A stretch of 64,000 nucleotides of DNA, from positions 1,120,001 through 1,184,000 of the forward strand of contig CBDDCK010000005.1 in NCBI GenBank assembly GCA_965225855.1, read 5' to 3'. This document shows, one piece after another, positions 1-11,268 of this stretch. This stretch comes from Spirochaetia bacterium (GTDB lineage Bacteria; Spirochaetota; Spirochaetia; SP-2023). How positions within the stretch are numbered: the stretch's first letter is position 1; each line of letters starts with the position of its first letter. Made by a program: the position numbers and the translations under genes. The notes below the pieces were generated by a model that was given only the letters and a program-made list of their open reading frames with translations, had not been told where the DNA came from and did no database searches.

Positions 1-434
1 GACAACAAGGGCCGAATAAAACAAAGGAAATATGAAGAGGAGGGGAAACAGCCTAGTATTACTAAATATACGTATCAAGGTAATGGCCCTGCAATAGCCT
101 CCCACATCTTGGACAGAGACTTTCTAAACGGTGCATACCAATTTGATATGGCGAATGTGCTTCATAATAAATACAAAAAGCAATACGAATGGCAAAAGCT
201 AAGGGGGTCCCAAGACAAGATGTCCTAATAAGAAAACAGTTTGATAGTAATGGGAGGCTCTATCGAATAAAGAAAACTACTTTTGATACCCAAGGTAGGA
301 AGAAGAAAGAACAGGTAGCTTACGATGGCACTCTTATTGTTGCTGCGTTGGCAAAAAAATTTATTGCTGGCACTTATGATGGTAGCGATAACTCTTTAGA
401 AGTTACCACTATTACTTATACTTATGTGGATTAA
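1..434 (+). CDS. 3' part of a YD/RHS-like repeat protein, 5'-truncated by the window, with an apparent frameshift near 175-179
   Basis: Frame 1 (DNKGRIKQRKYEEEG...TKYTY) is open to 228. Frame 3 carries FDSNGRL, FDTQGRK and TITYTYVD to 434. Adding one A to the A5 run at 175-179 joins them as NKYKKAIRMAKAKG. Confidence 0.45.
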
Positions 435-465
435 AGCTTAGCATTTTTATACTTTTAGATACTTG

Positions 466-492
466 AGGCAGGGATTTCCCTGCCTTTTTTTG
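466..492 (+). terminator. Rho-independent terminator
   Basis: AGGCAGGG-ATTT-CCCTGCCT stem-loop followed by a T run. Confidence 0.85.
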
Positions 493-525
493 AGTCGAAG
501 GCAATGGGCTAGGACAATGCTAACA

Positions 526-554
526 TTGACTTTCTATTTATGGCTTGTTAAAAT
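526..554 (+). promoter_or_regulatory. sigma70-type promoter of secA
   Basis: TTGACT-17 bp-TAAAAT with an extended -10 TG. Confidence 0.65.
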
Positions 555-609
555 TCCGCTGGATATTTTGTAAGGTCTACATTTCGGTAGGTCTTGATTC
601 CTGTATCCC

Positions 610-3567
610 ATGAGGTTATCCATGATCGATAAAATTCTGGCTGCTTTGTTTGGTAGCAAGCAGGAGCACGACTTAAAAAAGATAGCCCCGTTGCAGCTCA
701 AAATAAATGAGCTAGAGCCTTGGGCCTTGGGTTTCAATCAACAACAAATCCAAAAGCAAACCCAAATTTTTCAGCAACGTTTGGCAGAGGCGCGCCAGCG
801 TGATCATTCTCTCAAGAGTGAACCAAATTTAGACCCTTGTACCAACCAAGCCGGCCCACACTTAACCAACGAGCTAGATGCCATATTGCCAGAAGCGTTT
901 GCCATTGCCCGTGAAGCCGCACGCCGAATCCTCGGTGAGCGCCCTTACGATGTGCAATTGCTAGGTGGTATCGTATTGCACCAAGGTAAAATTATGGAAA
1001 TGAAAACCGGTGAAGGTAAAACATTGTCCTTAGTGGCACCGGCTTATCTCAATGCACTTTCGGGCCAAGGCGTGCATATTGTTACGGTAAATGATTATCT
1101 GGCCGAACGCGATGCCCATTGGATGGGGCCGATTTTTGCCTATTTGGGGCTTAGCGTTGGGGCGGTGCTATCGCACATGGATCGAGAGCAACGCAAAGTT
1201 GCCTATAATTGTGATTTAACCTACGGTACCAACAATGAATTTGGTTTTGATTTTTTACGCGACAACATGGTCGGCAGTTTAGAAGACCGCGTGCAACGGC
1301 CTTTTGCCTATTGCATTATTGATGAGATAGACTCTGTGCTGATTGACGAAGCGCGTACTCCGCTCATTATTTCAGGTTCGGTAGAAGATGATATACAAAG
1401 CATTGTGATTGCCAACCGCTTGCACAGTTATCTACGAGAAGTGAAAAAAGACCCAAGCACAGGGGAATATCCGCGCGATAACCCTTTTGAAAAAGTTGTT
1501 TTAGAGGGCGATTATAAGCTAGATGAAAAGAATAAACGCATTACTTTTACCGAAGATGGCATTACGCAAATTGAATCATTGTTGCACAAATATAAATTTA
1601 TTGAAGGCTCCATTTACGATGAAGGCAACTTTGAGTATGTGCACTATTTAAACCAAGCTATGCGGGCCCAAAAGTTATTTTTGCGCGATGTAGATTATGT
1701 GGTTCAAGATGGCAAAGTGCAAATTGTCGATGAATTTACCGGCCGTATTTTAGATGGGCGGCGTTATTCAGATGGGCTTCATCAAGCGATTGAGGCCAAA
1801 GAAAATATCAAGATTGCCCAGCGCAATCGCACCTTGGCAACCATTACTTACCAAAAATATTTTGCTATGTACGGCAAACTTAGTGGTATGACGGGTACTG
1901 CGATTACCGAAGCCCGTGAGTTTGATAAAATTTATAGCTTAGATGTAATTGTTTTACCTATGCATCGGCCTCTATCTCGCATTGATGCCAATGATTTAAT
2001 TTATTTAAATAGTGAGGCCAAGCACAAAGCCATTGCAGAAGAAGTCAAAGCCATACATGCAACGGGCCAGCCCGTGCTGATTGGTACCGTTTCTGTGGAG
2101 AATTCCGAACAACTGTCCAAAGTTTTGACCAAATACCAAGTGCCCCACGAAGTATTAAACGCCAAAAATCACCACCGTGAGGCTTTGATTATTGCCGAAG
2201 CGGGGGCTTTAGGTGCTGTAACCATTGCAACTAATATGGCTGGGCGCGGTACCGACATTAAGCTGGGTGGCAGCCCCGATATGCGGGCCCGCTGCCGTTT
2301 GCCCCAAATAGCTCAAGTCGCCCAAACAGGAAACAAGCTAGAAACGGGCAGCACAGGGGAAGCAGTGGAAAATAATGAAGCAGAATATTTTCGGTTGCTC
2401 GATCAGGAAATGCAGAAATGGCAGCAAGAACACCAAAAGGTCTGCGAACTGGGGGGCCTTTATGTTTTGGGTACAGAACGCCACGAAAGCCGCCGTATAG
2501 ATAATCAACTGCGGGGGCGTTCGGGCCGCCAAGGAGACCCTGGGTTTTCGCGTTTTTACGTCTCGCTCGATGACGATTTAATGCGTTTATTTGGTGGCGA
2601 TCGTTTAAAAAATATGATGGGCCGCATTGGTATGAGTGGTGATGAACCGCTAGAGCACAGCCTCGTTACCAAGTCAATTGAGCGTTCTCAAACTCGTGTT
2701 GAAGACCGCAATTATGAAATTCGCAAGCATTTAATTGAGTATGATGATGTAATGCAAAAACAGCGCTCCCATATCTATCGCTTGCGCAATGAGCTGCTTG
2801 GCGATAGCCAAATTATTGAGCGAGTGGCTGGAATAGCCAAACAAATGCGCAGTATCTTGCTCGATGATTTTGTTGCTGACTGCAATCACCAAAGTTGGGA
2901 TTTTGCTTTAGAGCGATTGGGTGAGCGTATGCGCAGCAATTTTGGTTTAATGCTCTCAGAATGCGAACAACAGTTATCACTTGTTTTGGGGCGCAAACAC
3001 GCTGAAGAGGCAAGGGAAGTGATGGATAAATTACTAGCTAATTATTGCGAACAGGATTATCAGCAAAAATGCCAAATTGCGGGCCCAGAGCTTGTCAATG
3101 AAATTTTGCGTTTTGAATATTTGCGGGTGATTGATTTGCGTTGGCAAGAACACTTGGAACAAATGGAGGCTCTGCGTGAAGCAGTCAACCTGCGGACGAT
3201 GGCACAAAAAAATCCTCTGGTGGAATATAAAAATGAAGGTTTTTCCATTTTTGAAGAATTGGTGGAAAACTTGCAAATTAGTGTAACGCGCAAATTTTAC
3301 AATATTCGGATTTCTGTTGATCCAGCTGCAGCACCACGCCAAAATACGATTTTACATGCTGATTCAGGCCAGCATCAACAGTTAGAGTCATTTGATACGG
3401 TCCGCAGTAATCAGCGCAGCAATGCTCGAAATAGAGCCCGTAATGGAACCATGCAAGGTGCAGAAAAGGTACAAGTTCGCCGCACAGAACCAAAAATTGG
3501 GCGCAACGAACCTTGCCCTTGTGGCAGTGGTAAAAAATACAAACAGTGTCACGGGGCTACTCATTAA
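610..3567 (+). CDS. secA: Preprotein translocase ATPase SecA (start may be ATG 622)
   Basis: [67 protein letters not shown]-terminal SEC-C motif [18 protein letters not shown]. Confidence 0.99.
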   Translation: MRLSMIDKILAALFGSKQEHDLKKIAPLQLKINELEPWALGFNQQQIQKQTQIFQQRLAEARQRDHSLKSEPNLDPCTNQAGPHLTNELDAILPEAFAIAREAARRILGERPYDVQLLGGIVLHQGKIMEMKTGEGKTLSLVAPAYLNALSGQGVHIVTVNDYLAERDAHWMGPIFAYLGLSVGAVLSHMDREQRKVAYNCDLTYGTNNEFGFDFLRDNMVGSLEDRVQRPFAYCIIDEIDSVLIDEARTPLIISGSVEDDIQSIVIANRLHSYLREVKKDPSTGEYPRDNPFEKVVLEGDYKLDEKNKRITFTEDGITQIESLLHKYKFIEGSIYDEGNFEYVHYLNQAMRAQKLFLRDVDYVVQDGKVQIVDEFTGRILDGRRYSDGLHQAIEAKENIKIAQRNRTLATITYQKYFAMYGKLSGMTGTAITEAREFDKIYSLDVIVLPMHRPLSRIDANDLIYLNSEAKHKAIAEEVKAIHATGQPVLIGTVSVENSEQLSKVLTKYQVPHEVLNAKNHHREALIIAEAGALGAVTIATNMAGRGTDIKLGGSPDMRARCRLPQIAQVAQTGNKLETGSTGEAVENNEAEYFRLLDQEMQKWQQEHQKVCELGGLYVLGTERHESRRIDNQLRGRSGRQGDPGFSRFYVSLDDDLMRLFGGDRLKNMMGRIGMSGDEPLEHSLVTKSIERSQTRVEDRNYEIRKHLIEYDDVMQKQRSHIYRLRNELLGDSQIIERVAGIAKQMRSILLDDFVADCNHQSWDFALERLGERMRSNFGLMLSECEQQLSLVLGRKHAEEAREVMDKLLANYCEQDYQQKCQIAGPELVNEILRFEYLRVIDLRWQEHLEQMEALREAVNLRTMAQKNPLVEYKNEGFSIFEELVENLQISVTRKFYNIRISVDPAAAPRQNTILHADSGQHQQLESFDTVRSNQRSNARNRARNGTMQGAEKVQVRRTEPKIGRNEPCPCGSGKKYKQCHGATH

Positions 3568-3588
3568 AAATAATGGAGTAAAAATAAA

Positions 3589-4383
3589 AATGACTTTCCA
3601 TAAATTTTGTATGTTCGTTAAAGCTAAAAGTTTATTAATGTTTTTTTCAAGTTATGAGCTTTCTTCTACTGGGGCCAATATTTGTTGAGTTTTTCTTCCG
3701 ATTGTTGAAAAATTCTATATCATTGTCGCAGAATGTAATAGAGTCTTTAGCCTTTTGGGAAGATTTATTTGCTACTCTGCTTGGTTTCGGCTTGAGTTTA
3801 ATTATAGACTGGCATAGAGCACCTCTTAAATCATGTTTACCCGTGCGTTGGTTTCGCCAAAAAACTACCGGAATTTATATTCCCAATACTACATTCTTTA
3901 ACCGGCCTAGCAATTTGTTAGCTCTGCCCTTTAGTCGCAAACGTAGTCCACTGTTTTGGTTGGGGCTATCGCTAATAGTAGGTCCAATAGCCATTTTTTG
4001 TAACGGTCTATTAGCCTTTATATTGACTTCATTATTTCCTAATACAACTATCCTGCAAGAAGATATAATTCATGATTTGATTGAAAATAACTCTATTTTT
4101 CAATCATTTTTGTTATTGGTCGTGTCTCCGGTAATTTTTGAAGAATTGGTTTGTCGAGGACGTGGTTTTTCCTTATTGGCTAGACTATTGGGGCGGCCGT
4201 AATGCTGTTGTTTTTAATAGTTTATTATTTGCCTTTTCGCATGTCGGCCCGATTGAAATTGTAGCTCTACTCCCTTTGTCATTTTTCTCAGGCTGGTTGC
4301 GCTGGCGCAGTGGAAATTTGGCCTTTCCTATGTTAGTACATTTGGAAAACAATTTGATAGTGTTGTTCGCACAGTATCTTTAA
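3589..4383 (+). pseudogene. CPBP/Abi family intramembrane glutamic endopeptidase, frameshifted
   Basis: EELVCRG lies in ORF 3654-4202; FAFSH and HLENN lie in ORF 4138-4383. They join by removing one T at about 4166-4170. A second probable shift is at the T7 run 3641-3647, from ATG 3589. Confidence 0.75.
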
Positions 4384-4482
4384 AAAATTTTGCACCTCAA
4401 TCTCTCTTGCTAAAGCCCCTTATGGAGTCCATTGAAGATAAATTGGTCTATTTTCTTTGGATTTTATTCATTCTCTACAAGT

Positions 4483-5180
4483 TTAACACAATAGTTTTTC
4501 GATTTCCAGTGAATAATTTTTATTTCTACATATGGCTATAAAATCATGTAGTTTCTTACACTTTTCAATCTTGTAGCTTATGCCTTTTGCTTTAAGTTTT
4601 TTACCCACTTCGCTATATTAAAAGTTTTATTTGGAGCTTCTTTTAATATAGTTATTAGTGCTTTAACAGCTTTAGCCATCAGAATTAAAATTTGGGAACC
4701 ATTTTCTGCATTGCATACAATTATTACTTTTTTACCGTTAAGCTGCAAATTTTGAACCAGTGGTAAAAAGTCGCTATCACCATTTACAAGAATATAAATT
4801 TCAATGTTTCTATATTCTTGTAAATGTTTCATTATATCTACAGTCATGTAAATATCTGTGCTGTTTTTCACATTGGCTATGGGCTTGGGTATATAAAGTA
4901 TCACTTCAAAGTTTTGTTGATTCAAATTCAAATCATTTTTGTTATTGTCAAAATTGGCATAAGCTCTTCGCAAAATAATTTTACCGAGGCTTTGGCCGTA
5001 TGAAATAAGTGCATCGATAAAATGAGAATCTGCTGAATCGTTTTTCTTGTGGTTTTTTACATTTTCAATGTCCCAAAAAATGGCAATATTAGCGGGTTTG
5101 TGGTCTACATCAATTTCTTCTATAGACTGGTAGTTTATAAAAATTTGTAATCTTTGCCTATTCTTTGCAGTATTAGACAA
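4483..5180 (-). pseudogene. NYN (LabA/DUF88) domain protein with a frameshifted OST-HTH/LOTUS-like tail
   Basis: IFWDIENV, RRAYANF, KNSTDIYMTVD, GDSDFLPLVQNLQLNGKKV. An alternative frame past about 4612 reads EVGKKLKAKGISYKIEKCKKLHDFI. Confidence 0.7.
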
Positions 5181-5308
5181 AACTGAATTGGAGTTGAATT
5201 ATTAGGGGTTTAACGGCAAAGATTAAAATTATACTAGACTTTCATTATAATATTGCTATGATACTCTTTAAATTAAATTTCAATTGTAAATTTTTAAGGG
5301 GGATATTG

Positions 5309-6379
5309 ATGCCTATAAAATTAAAGCCCGGGGTAATTACTGGGAATGCTTTGCAAGATTTATTTGCAAGTTGTAAACAACAAAAATGCGCTTTGCCTGC
5401 TGTGAACGTCATCAACTCTGAAGGTGTTGGTGCGGCTTTAGCTGCCGCTCGTGAAGCAAAGGCTCCAATTATCATTCAGTTTTCTAATGGAGGTGCGGCT
5501 TTTTATGCCGGTAAAGCCTTGGGTGGAGACAAACAGCAAGGGCCGATAGCCGGTGCTATAGCCGGTGCACTTTCGATTCATCACTTGGCCCAAGCGTATG
5601 GGGTACCCGTTGTGCTACATACCGACCATGCTGCGCGCAAGCTGCTACCTTGGATTGACGGCTTAATTTCTTACAGTGAGTCCTACCACAAAAAACATGG
5701 TAGCCCATTGTTTAGTAGCCACATGCTCGATCTCTCAGAAGACAGCTTGGAAGATAACCTAAATACTTGTGCCGAGTTTTTGGCGCGCATGAATAAAGTC
5801 CATATGACGTTGGAAATTGAATTGGGTATTACCGGCGGAGAAGAAGATGGCGTAGATAATAGCGATACGGCCAAAGATGATTTGTATACCAAGGCTGAAG
5901 ATGTGCTACAGGCGTATGATAAATTGCTACCCATTGGCAAATTTACAGTAGCAGCAGCTTTTGGCAATACGCACGGAGTTTATACTCCGGGTAATGTGGT
6001 ATTGAAACCAGAGATACTAAAAAAGAGCCAAGAACTGGTTGCTAAAGAGCGCAAGACGAAAGATAATCCGCTAGACTTAGTGTTTCACGGCGGTTCTGGT
6101 TCTGAACCGGCAAAAATTGCAGAGGCCTTGCTTTACGGAGTAATCAAATTTAATATCGACACCGATACGCAATGGGCTTTTACCGAACCGATACGCAAGT
6201 ATATGGACAAGCACCATGATTACTTGATGAGTCAAATTGGCAATCCCGAAGGGACGGATAAGCCCAACAAAAAGGTTATTGACCCGCGCACCTATTTAGC
6301 CGATGCGACCAAGGGGATGAGTACACGTTTAATTCAAGCTTTTAAGGACTTAAACGCGTATGGCAAGTTTGCGTTTTAA
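5309..6379 (+). CDS. fbaA: Class II fructose-bisphosphate aldolase
   Basis: LPAVNV, IIQFSNGGAAF, VLHTDH, FSSHMLDLS, ITGGEEDGVDN, FGNTHGVY, VFHGGSGS, NIDTDTQWA. RBS-like AAGGGGG precedes ATG 5309. Confidence 0.97.
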   Translation: MPIKLKPGVITGNALQDLFASCKQQKCALPAVNVINSEGVGAALAAAREAKAPIIIQFSNGGAAFYAGKALGGDKQQGPIAGAIAGALSIHHLAQAYGVPVVLHTDHAARKLLPWIDGLISYSESYHKKHGSPLFSSHMLDLSEDSLEDNLNTCAEFLARMNKVHMTLEIELGITGGEEDGVDNSDTAKDDLYTKAEDVLQAYDKLLPIGKFTVAAAFGNTHGVYTPGNVVLKPEILKKSQELVAKERKTKDNPLDLVFHGGSGSEPAKIAEALLYGVIKFNIDTDTQWAFTEPIRKYMDKHHDYLMSQIGNPEGTDKPNKKVIDPRTYLADATKGMSTRLIQAFKDLNAYGKFAF

Positions 6380-6402
6380 TTGATTCTTCCAAAAAATCTA
6401 GA

Positions 6403-6436
6403 GCAAAAAGGCAAGCATACTGCCTGCCCTTTTGCA
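6403..6436. terminator. Probable bidirectional terminator between convergent fbaA and DUF1971 genes
   Basis: Imperfect inverted repeat GCAAAAAGGCAAGCA-TAC-TGCCTGCCCTTTTGC. Confidence 0.55.
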
Positions 6437-6438
6437 AT

Positions 6439-6741
6439 TTATTCTGTGGCCACCTTGTGAAAGGTTACCTGAATTTCGACATCTCTTTTGTCCACACCTT
6501 CGGGGATAACTAGCATATGCCATTCTTGTGGCAAGATAATATGAGTATCCCCTGCTTTTAGATCAAAGGCTTCGCCGTTATCACATAGTGTGTAGCGTAC
6601 CGCACCTTGCAGAACTTCTAATTTCCCCCACACGCCAACCTTGGTATTGTGTCGATTGAGCACCATATTGGGGATATTCTCCCCCTTGAACGGGCCGAAG
6701 ATTTTGTAAGCTATAACATCTTCGGGTAATTGACGAGTCAT
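6439..6741 (-). CDS. DUF1971 (YeaR/TehB N-terminal-like) cupin protein
   Basis: HNTKVGVWGKLEVLQGAVRY and PQEWH motifs; AAGGAG RBS. Confidence 0.8.
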   Translation of the reverse strand: MTRQLPEDVIAYKIFGPFKGENIPNMVLNRHNTKVGVWGKLEVLQGAVRYTLCDNGEAFDLKAGDTHIILPQEWHMLVIPEGVDKRDVEIQVTFHKVATE

Positions 6742-6780
6742 ATTGCGAACTCCTTATTGATAAAGTGAAGAGTTTGAAAT

Positions 6781-7822
6781 TTAGAATTCCAGAGTAACTT
6801 TTTCCGCCATATTTTCGCGCAGCAACATAGTGCCCGCCTGTGATATGAAGTGTCGCATGGCCGTTGCATTGGTAACGCGTGCGCCGTAGACAAAGCGCAC
6901 ACCGTACTTCTTCAATATTGGAGCTAGCGGTGCAGTCGGACCTAGCACCATGATTTGAGCACTTTGGGCTAAAAATAAAATTCTGGGCAAGCTACCGTTC
7001 ATCAAGGCTTGAGCCGTTACCACGACGTAATCGGCCTGCTGTAATAAAGTCTCGCCCTGTTCTACAGAATATTGGCCTTCTTGGGGTTCTCGTTCAATGA
7101 TTTTTATTTCGGGAATAATTTTCGTTGCGGGTGGAAAATTCCCCACACAGACTTTTTCGCCAGAAGCATCTTTAAATAGGCGAAAGCCCCCATTCTGTCT
7201 CACCAGTGCGTCCTTTTGCCTTGTTGTTATAGGCCGAAGATAAACTGGCAATGGCAACCGAACGAGCTAAATCATCATCACTGCTTAGCCATTGGGCTAA
7301 TTCTTTTACATTTTTGCCGATAAATTCTCCAGCCGATGCAATCGTGCGCGCACCTTCAGTGCCCCGGCACGGGGTACGCCCAAGGCCCACACCATCTTTA
7401 GTTTTCACATAAGACCAATTGTGCCCGATAATAACTTCTTCTACTTTAGTATTTAGGGCAATGGGGGCTTGGGCAATCAAATCTTGGTACAGATTTTCCC
7501 AACCCCACCAGTCTTTAAGGGACTGGAAATCGCCTGTAATACCAGTGGCCTTTATGCTGTGCTTGCACAAATTTGGCGATAACCACAAAAAACGAGTTCG
7601 TTCGTTGGCATATAATTCCTGCGCTTTTGTTGCATTGCCATGCTCTGCATCCAAAATAATTAGATCAGGGGGTGCGCCTTTCAATGGTTCGGCCTTATCT
7701 AGCACGTAAATTTTCCAACCGCGCTCTTGCAGGAATTTTACAAATTCATTGACACCGCTACCCGCCGGGCATGTCCCCATTCGAGTAAACGGACTTACAT
7801 TTTTTTGCCGCAATTGAAACAT
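6781..7822 (-). pseudogene. DUF4213/DUF364 (Rossmann-like, putative metal-chelation) protein, frameshifted, possibly the C-terminal part of an ATPase fusion
   Basis: VEEVIIGHNWSYV..GVGLG..P, LARSVAIASL, VCVGNFP, IIERE, ADYVVVTAQALMNGSLPRIL, VLGPTAPLAP. One shift at the G5 run near 7187-7191. Confidence 0.7.
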
Positions 7823-8540
7823 AATTTCTTCCTTAATATTTTGGATATTTTTATCGTTGCGTTCAGTTCGCGCTCTTGTGATATTTGCCACCCGTGTTAA
7901 ATATGCTGGTAAACCACGCATTTCATAAATTTCATCGGACAAAAAACAGGCTTCTTTCAATTGGTGCGTAAACAAATACAACCGCTGCATTTGCCTTAGA
8001 TATATAATTAGAAATGCGATACATCAAATCATTTTTGGTATTTACGTCTAATGCCGAAAAAGGTTCATCTAAAAATAGTACATCGGGCTGGCAAACTAGG
8101 GCGCGGGCTAAGGCTACCCGTTGCTGCATACCTCCACTTAGAATTTTGGGGTATCCGTCTTGAATGTGTGCTGGCAGACCCACGTTTACCAAGGCATCAG
8201 ATATATCATTAGCCGATAATTTTATCCCCATTTCATTTGCACCAAAATAGAGATTATCGCCAATCGTCTTCCAAGGGATTAAGCGTTTATCTTGAAAGAC
8301 GGTAACAGGGTGTTTTGCTGTGATAAATATGTCGCCGTGTTGTGCGGCGAGTAGCCCATTCATCAAATTTAAAATGGTTGTTTTGCCGCAACCAGAATGG
8401 CCCATGATGGTTACCACTTGTCCTTGTGCAATGCTTAAGTCTAAGCTCGTAAAAACCGGAATTATTTTCTTTCGGCCATTGATATCCACTGTTTTGTATC
8501 CAAATGAAACATTGCGGCATTGGATTACGGTATTACTCAT
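7823..8540 (-). pseudogene. NitT/TauT/SsuB-type ABC ATP-binding protein, frameshift near 7970
   Basis: GHSGCGKT, VFQDKRLIPW, LSGGMQQRVALARAL, LFLDEPFSALD. The H-loop THQLKEACFLSDEI lies in the next frame. Confidence 0.85.
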
Positions 8541-8542
8541 AA

Positions 8543-9319
8543 TTAACGCCATTTCATTGCATATTTGTTAATAGGTTCAATAAATATTTTATCGGTTACA
8601 ATAAATAAAAATACGGCCACAAACACCCATGCAAAGACATCTACGGTATCTAAGTTGACTTGAGCTGTACTAATTTTGGCACCAATACCGTTGGGTGCAC
8701 CTAAGACTTCCGCCATAACCCCAATTTTCCAGCTTTGGCCAAAGGCAATGGTTATAGCGGGGTATGTAACCGATAACACATGAATGCCACCAATCTTCAA
8801 AACAGCTTTGCTGGCAGACATGCCAAAACTGCGTCCCATTTCTAAAAGTTTTTTATCAATCGTTTTAACACCTTGTACCACGGTAGTATAAATTAGTGGG
8901 AAAGACGACACAGCAACAGTTACGACCGCACTGCCTATTCCAGAGCCACCAAACCATAAAAAATAGTTAAAACAACCCATGCTATGGGAGGAATAGAAAC
9001 CATCAATCGTTCTATCGGACTAAGAAAAGCCGATACACCGGGAAGCAACCCCCGCTAGGATACCTAAAATACTGGCAAGCATAATACTGCTTACAAAGCC
9101 AGAAATGGCGCGCACAATGGTAATCCCCAATTGATTCATACCATTTTCATAGGCAAACAGTTGATACAAGCGAATGATAGTTCCCATCGGGGAGGGTAAG
9201 ATCAAGCTGTGGTAGTGCAAGCTACCCCAATGCCATATCCCGACAAATGCAAGCACACTTACGCACTTAATAAGGCATTCGGTGTATGTATTCAGGCCGT
9301 TAAATAAAAGTCTTAGCAT
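8543..9319 (-). pseudogene. NitT/TauT-type ABC permease with two frameshifts (about 9035 and 8960)
   Basis: LILPSP, then SIPPIAWVV in an intermediate frame, then WFGG...GVKTIDKKLLEMGRSFG...SWKIGVMAEVLG..GIG. Confidence 0.8.
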
Positions 9320-9352
9320 GGTTTACCTATAATATGGATAGGTGTTTTGCCA

Positions 9353-10332
9353 TTATTTATAGTAAAAACCGTTATCGGGCAGCTTGCTGCCAATAATTTT
9401 GGGGTTTAAAACCTTTAGTTCCGAATAAAATTTTTCTAATTCGGGTTTTACTGCTATACTCGTCTGTACATTCAAGTTCCATTTATCGATGGATTTTACA
9501 AAAATCGGGCCGTTTTTTGGCCATAATTCTTCAGCACGTTCCATAAGTATTTTTTATTCGATCGTAATCGGTTCGCAGATTTTACCAATTCGCGGTGCAA
9601 GACACAGATAATTTCTGGATACTTGTTTGCAAATGATTTACGCACAGCAAGGCCTGCTTGTGGAATATATGACTTGCCCCCCATTAAACGGCCCCATTCT
9701 TCTTGAATATCAATGGCAAATCGAAAGTTAATGCCTTTTTTCTCTTTTGCAGCTAAAGATAATTTGGTGCCGGCTATTTCTGGCAATAGAATTGTTTGCG
9801 CCTTTTCTGCTAGTGCCATTTTTACCGCAACTGCTGGTGTAGAGACGTATTCCACATAGACATCTTTGCCAACTTTCATACCTGCTCTTTTGAACAATGT
9901 GCGTAATACTAAATCAGGCATATCATTTGGGAATGGCACTACGATGGTTTTGCCTTTTAGGTCGGCAATAGTTTTCATACGGCTATCGGTACTGATAATA
10001 TTTAATAAGCCGCCGGTTACGATGTTAATTAATTGGAACTCGATACCTTTGTTGTATAGGTTTGCCCCGACATAACTGGGTATAAATGTAATGTCAATAG
10101 AACCATCAATAATACCGGCGCGCAATTTGTCGGGAGTGTTCCATATTTTTGCCGTAGCTTTTTGGACATACTTTTTAAAGTTCCTACTCTTTAGCGCATC
10201 AACGGCTAAGACACCTATACCGATAGGTGGTGTGTAGACGACAAGCTCTTTTAATTTGTTTGCAGCTGCCGCTGGAATTATATTTCCTAAAGCAATAATA
10301 GAAAATACTGCGATTTTAAATAAATTTTTCAT
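9353..10332 (-). pseudogene. NitT/TauT-type ABC substrate-binding protein, frameshift near 9550
   Basis: Signal peptide, WNTPDKLRAG, PSYVGANLYNKG, NDMPDLV, IPQAG. The C-terminus (ELEKFY..LNPKIIGSKLPDNGFY) is in ORF 9353-9544. Confidence 0.8.
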
Positions 10333-10412
10333 TAAACACCTCTCTGTTTATATTCTTTCAGTCCAAGCAAAAATTTTCGTATGTATTTCTTTGGATTGAT
10401 GAAATTTGTTCC

Positions 10413-11228
10413 CTATTTTAAATGTTGCGCAATATTGGCAAAATTATGGGCATTGCTATTCAGAGATTCATAAGGTAATACATAAAGCCCATAACTATTC
10501 CTCGCAATTTGGGATTTAACCTGATAAGTTGCTTCGATCATTTCTTCCGTAATTACCTCTTTAGCTGGGCCAAATTCCGCTAAAGTACCTTCATGCAATA
10601 CCATAGCATAATCGGCATAGCGGCCCGCTAAAGATAGATCATGCAATGCAATATAAGTTGTGATTTGAAATTCTTTTGTTACTTGCACTATCAAGTCTAA
10701 AGATTCAATTTGATAGTGTAAATCCAATGCCGAAGTCGGTTCATCTAACAACAAATATTCTGGTTTGCGAATAATGGCCTGGGCTAAGGTAGCTAACTGC
10801 CGCTGCCCGCCACTTAAATCACAAAGGTAGCGTTCCGACAAGTGGTCAATTTGGAGTAAAGATAACAATTTGGATATTAATTCTATATCTTCATTTGCCG
10901 CTTTGCAGTTATCAGAAACAAACCTCCTTGCCATTAGAATTACTTCAAATACTGTTAAAGCAGCATTGGTGTAGGTATTTTGGGGCATGTAGCAAATTCT
11001 GTGGGTCAAACGGGCACTATCCATTTGGGCTATATTCATTCCATCTAAAGTGATGTTGCCCATATTGATTTTTTTGATACCAGCCATACATTTAAATAGG
11101 GTAGATTTACCCGTACCATTCGGGCCAATAACCGCCACAATACTGCCGGGGGCCACCGATGGAAATGAAATATTATGCAAAACTTGATTGTTACCATAGC
11201 TTGCTGAAATTTTTTGAATATCGAGCAT
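10413..11228 (-). CDS. Fe-siderophore/cobalamin-type ABC ATP-binding protein (FecE/FepC-like)
   Basis: GPNGTGKST, LSGGQRQ, LLLDEPTSALDL, ALHDLSLAGRYAD. Confidence 0.93.
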   Translation of the reverse strand: MLDIQKISASYGNNQVLHNISFPSVAPGSIVAVIGPNGTGKSTLFKCMAGIKKINMGNITLDGMNIAQMDSARLTHRICYMPQNTYTNAALTVFEVILMARRFVSDNCKAANEDIELISKLLSLLQIDHLSERYLCDLSGGQRQLATLAQAIIRKPEYLLLDEPTSALDLHYQIESLDLIVQVTKEFQITTYIALHDLSLAGRYADYAMVLHEGTLAEFGPAKEVITEEMIEATYQVKSQIARNSYGLYVLPYESLNSNAHNFANIAQHLK

Positions 11229-11268
11229 TAAAGTCCTCGTGAATAAACTTTTGAAAATGATTTTTTAC

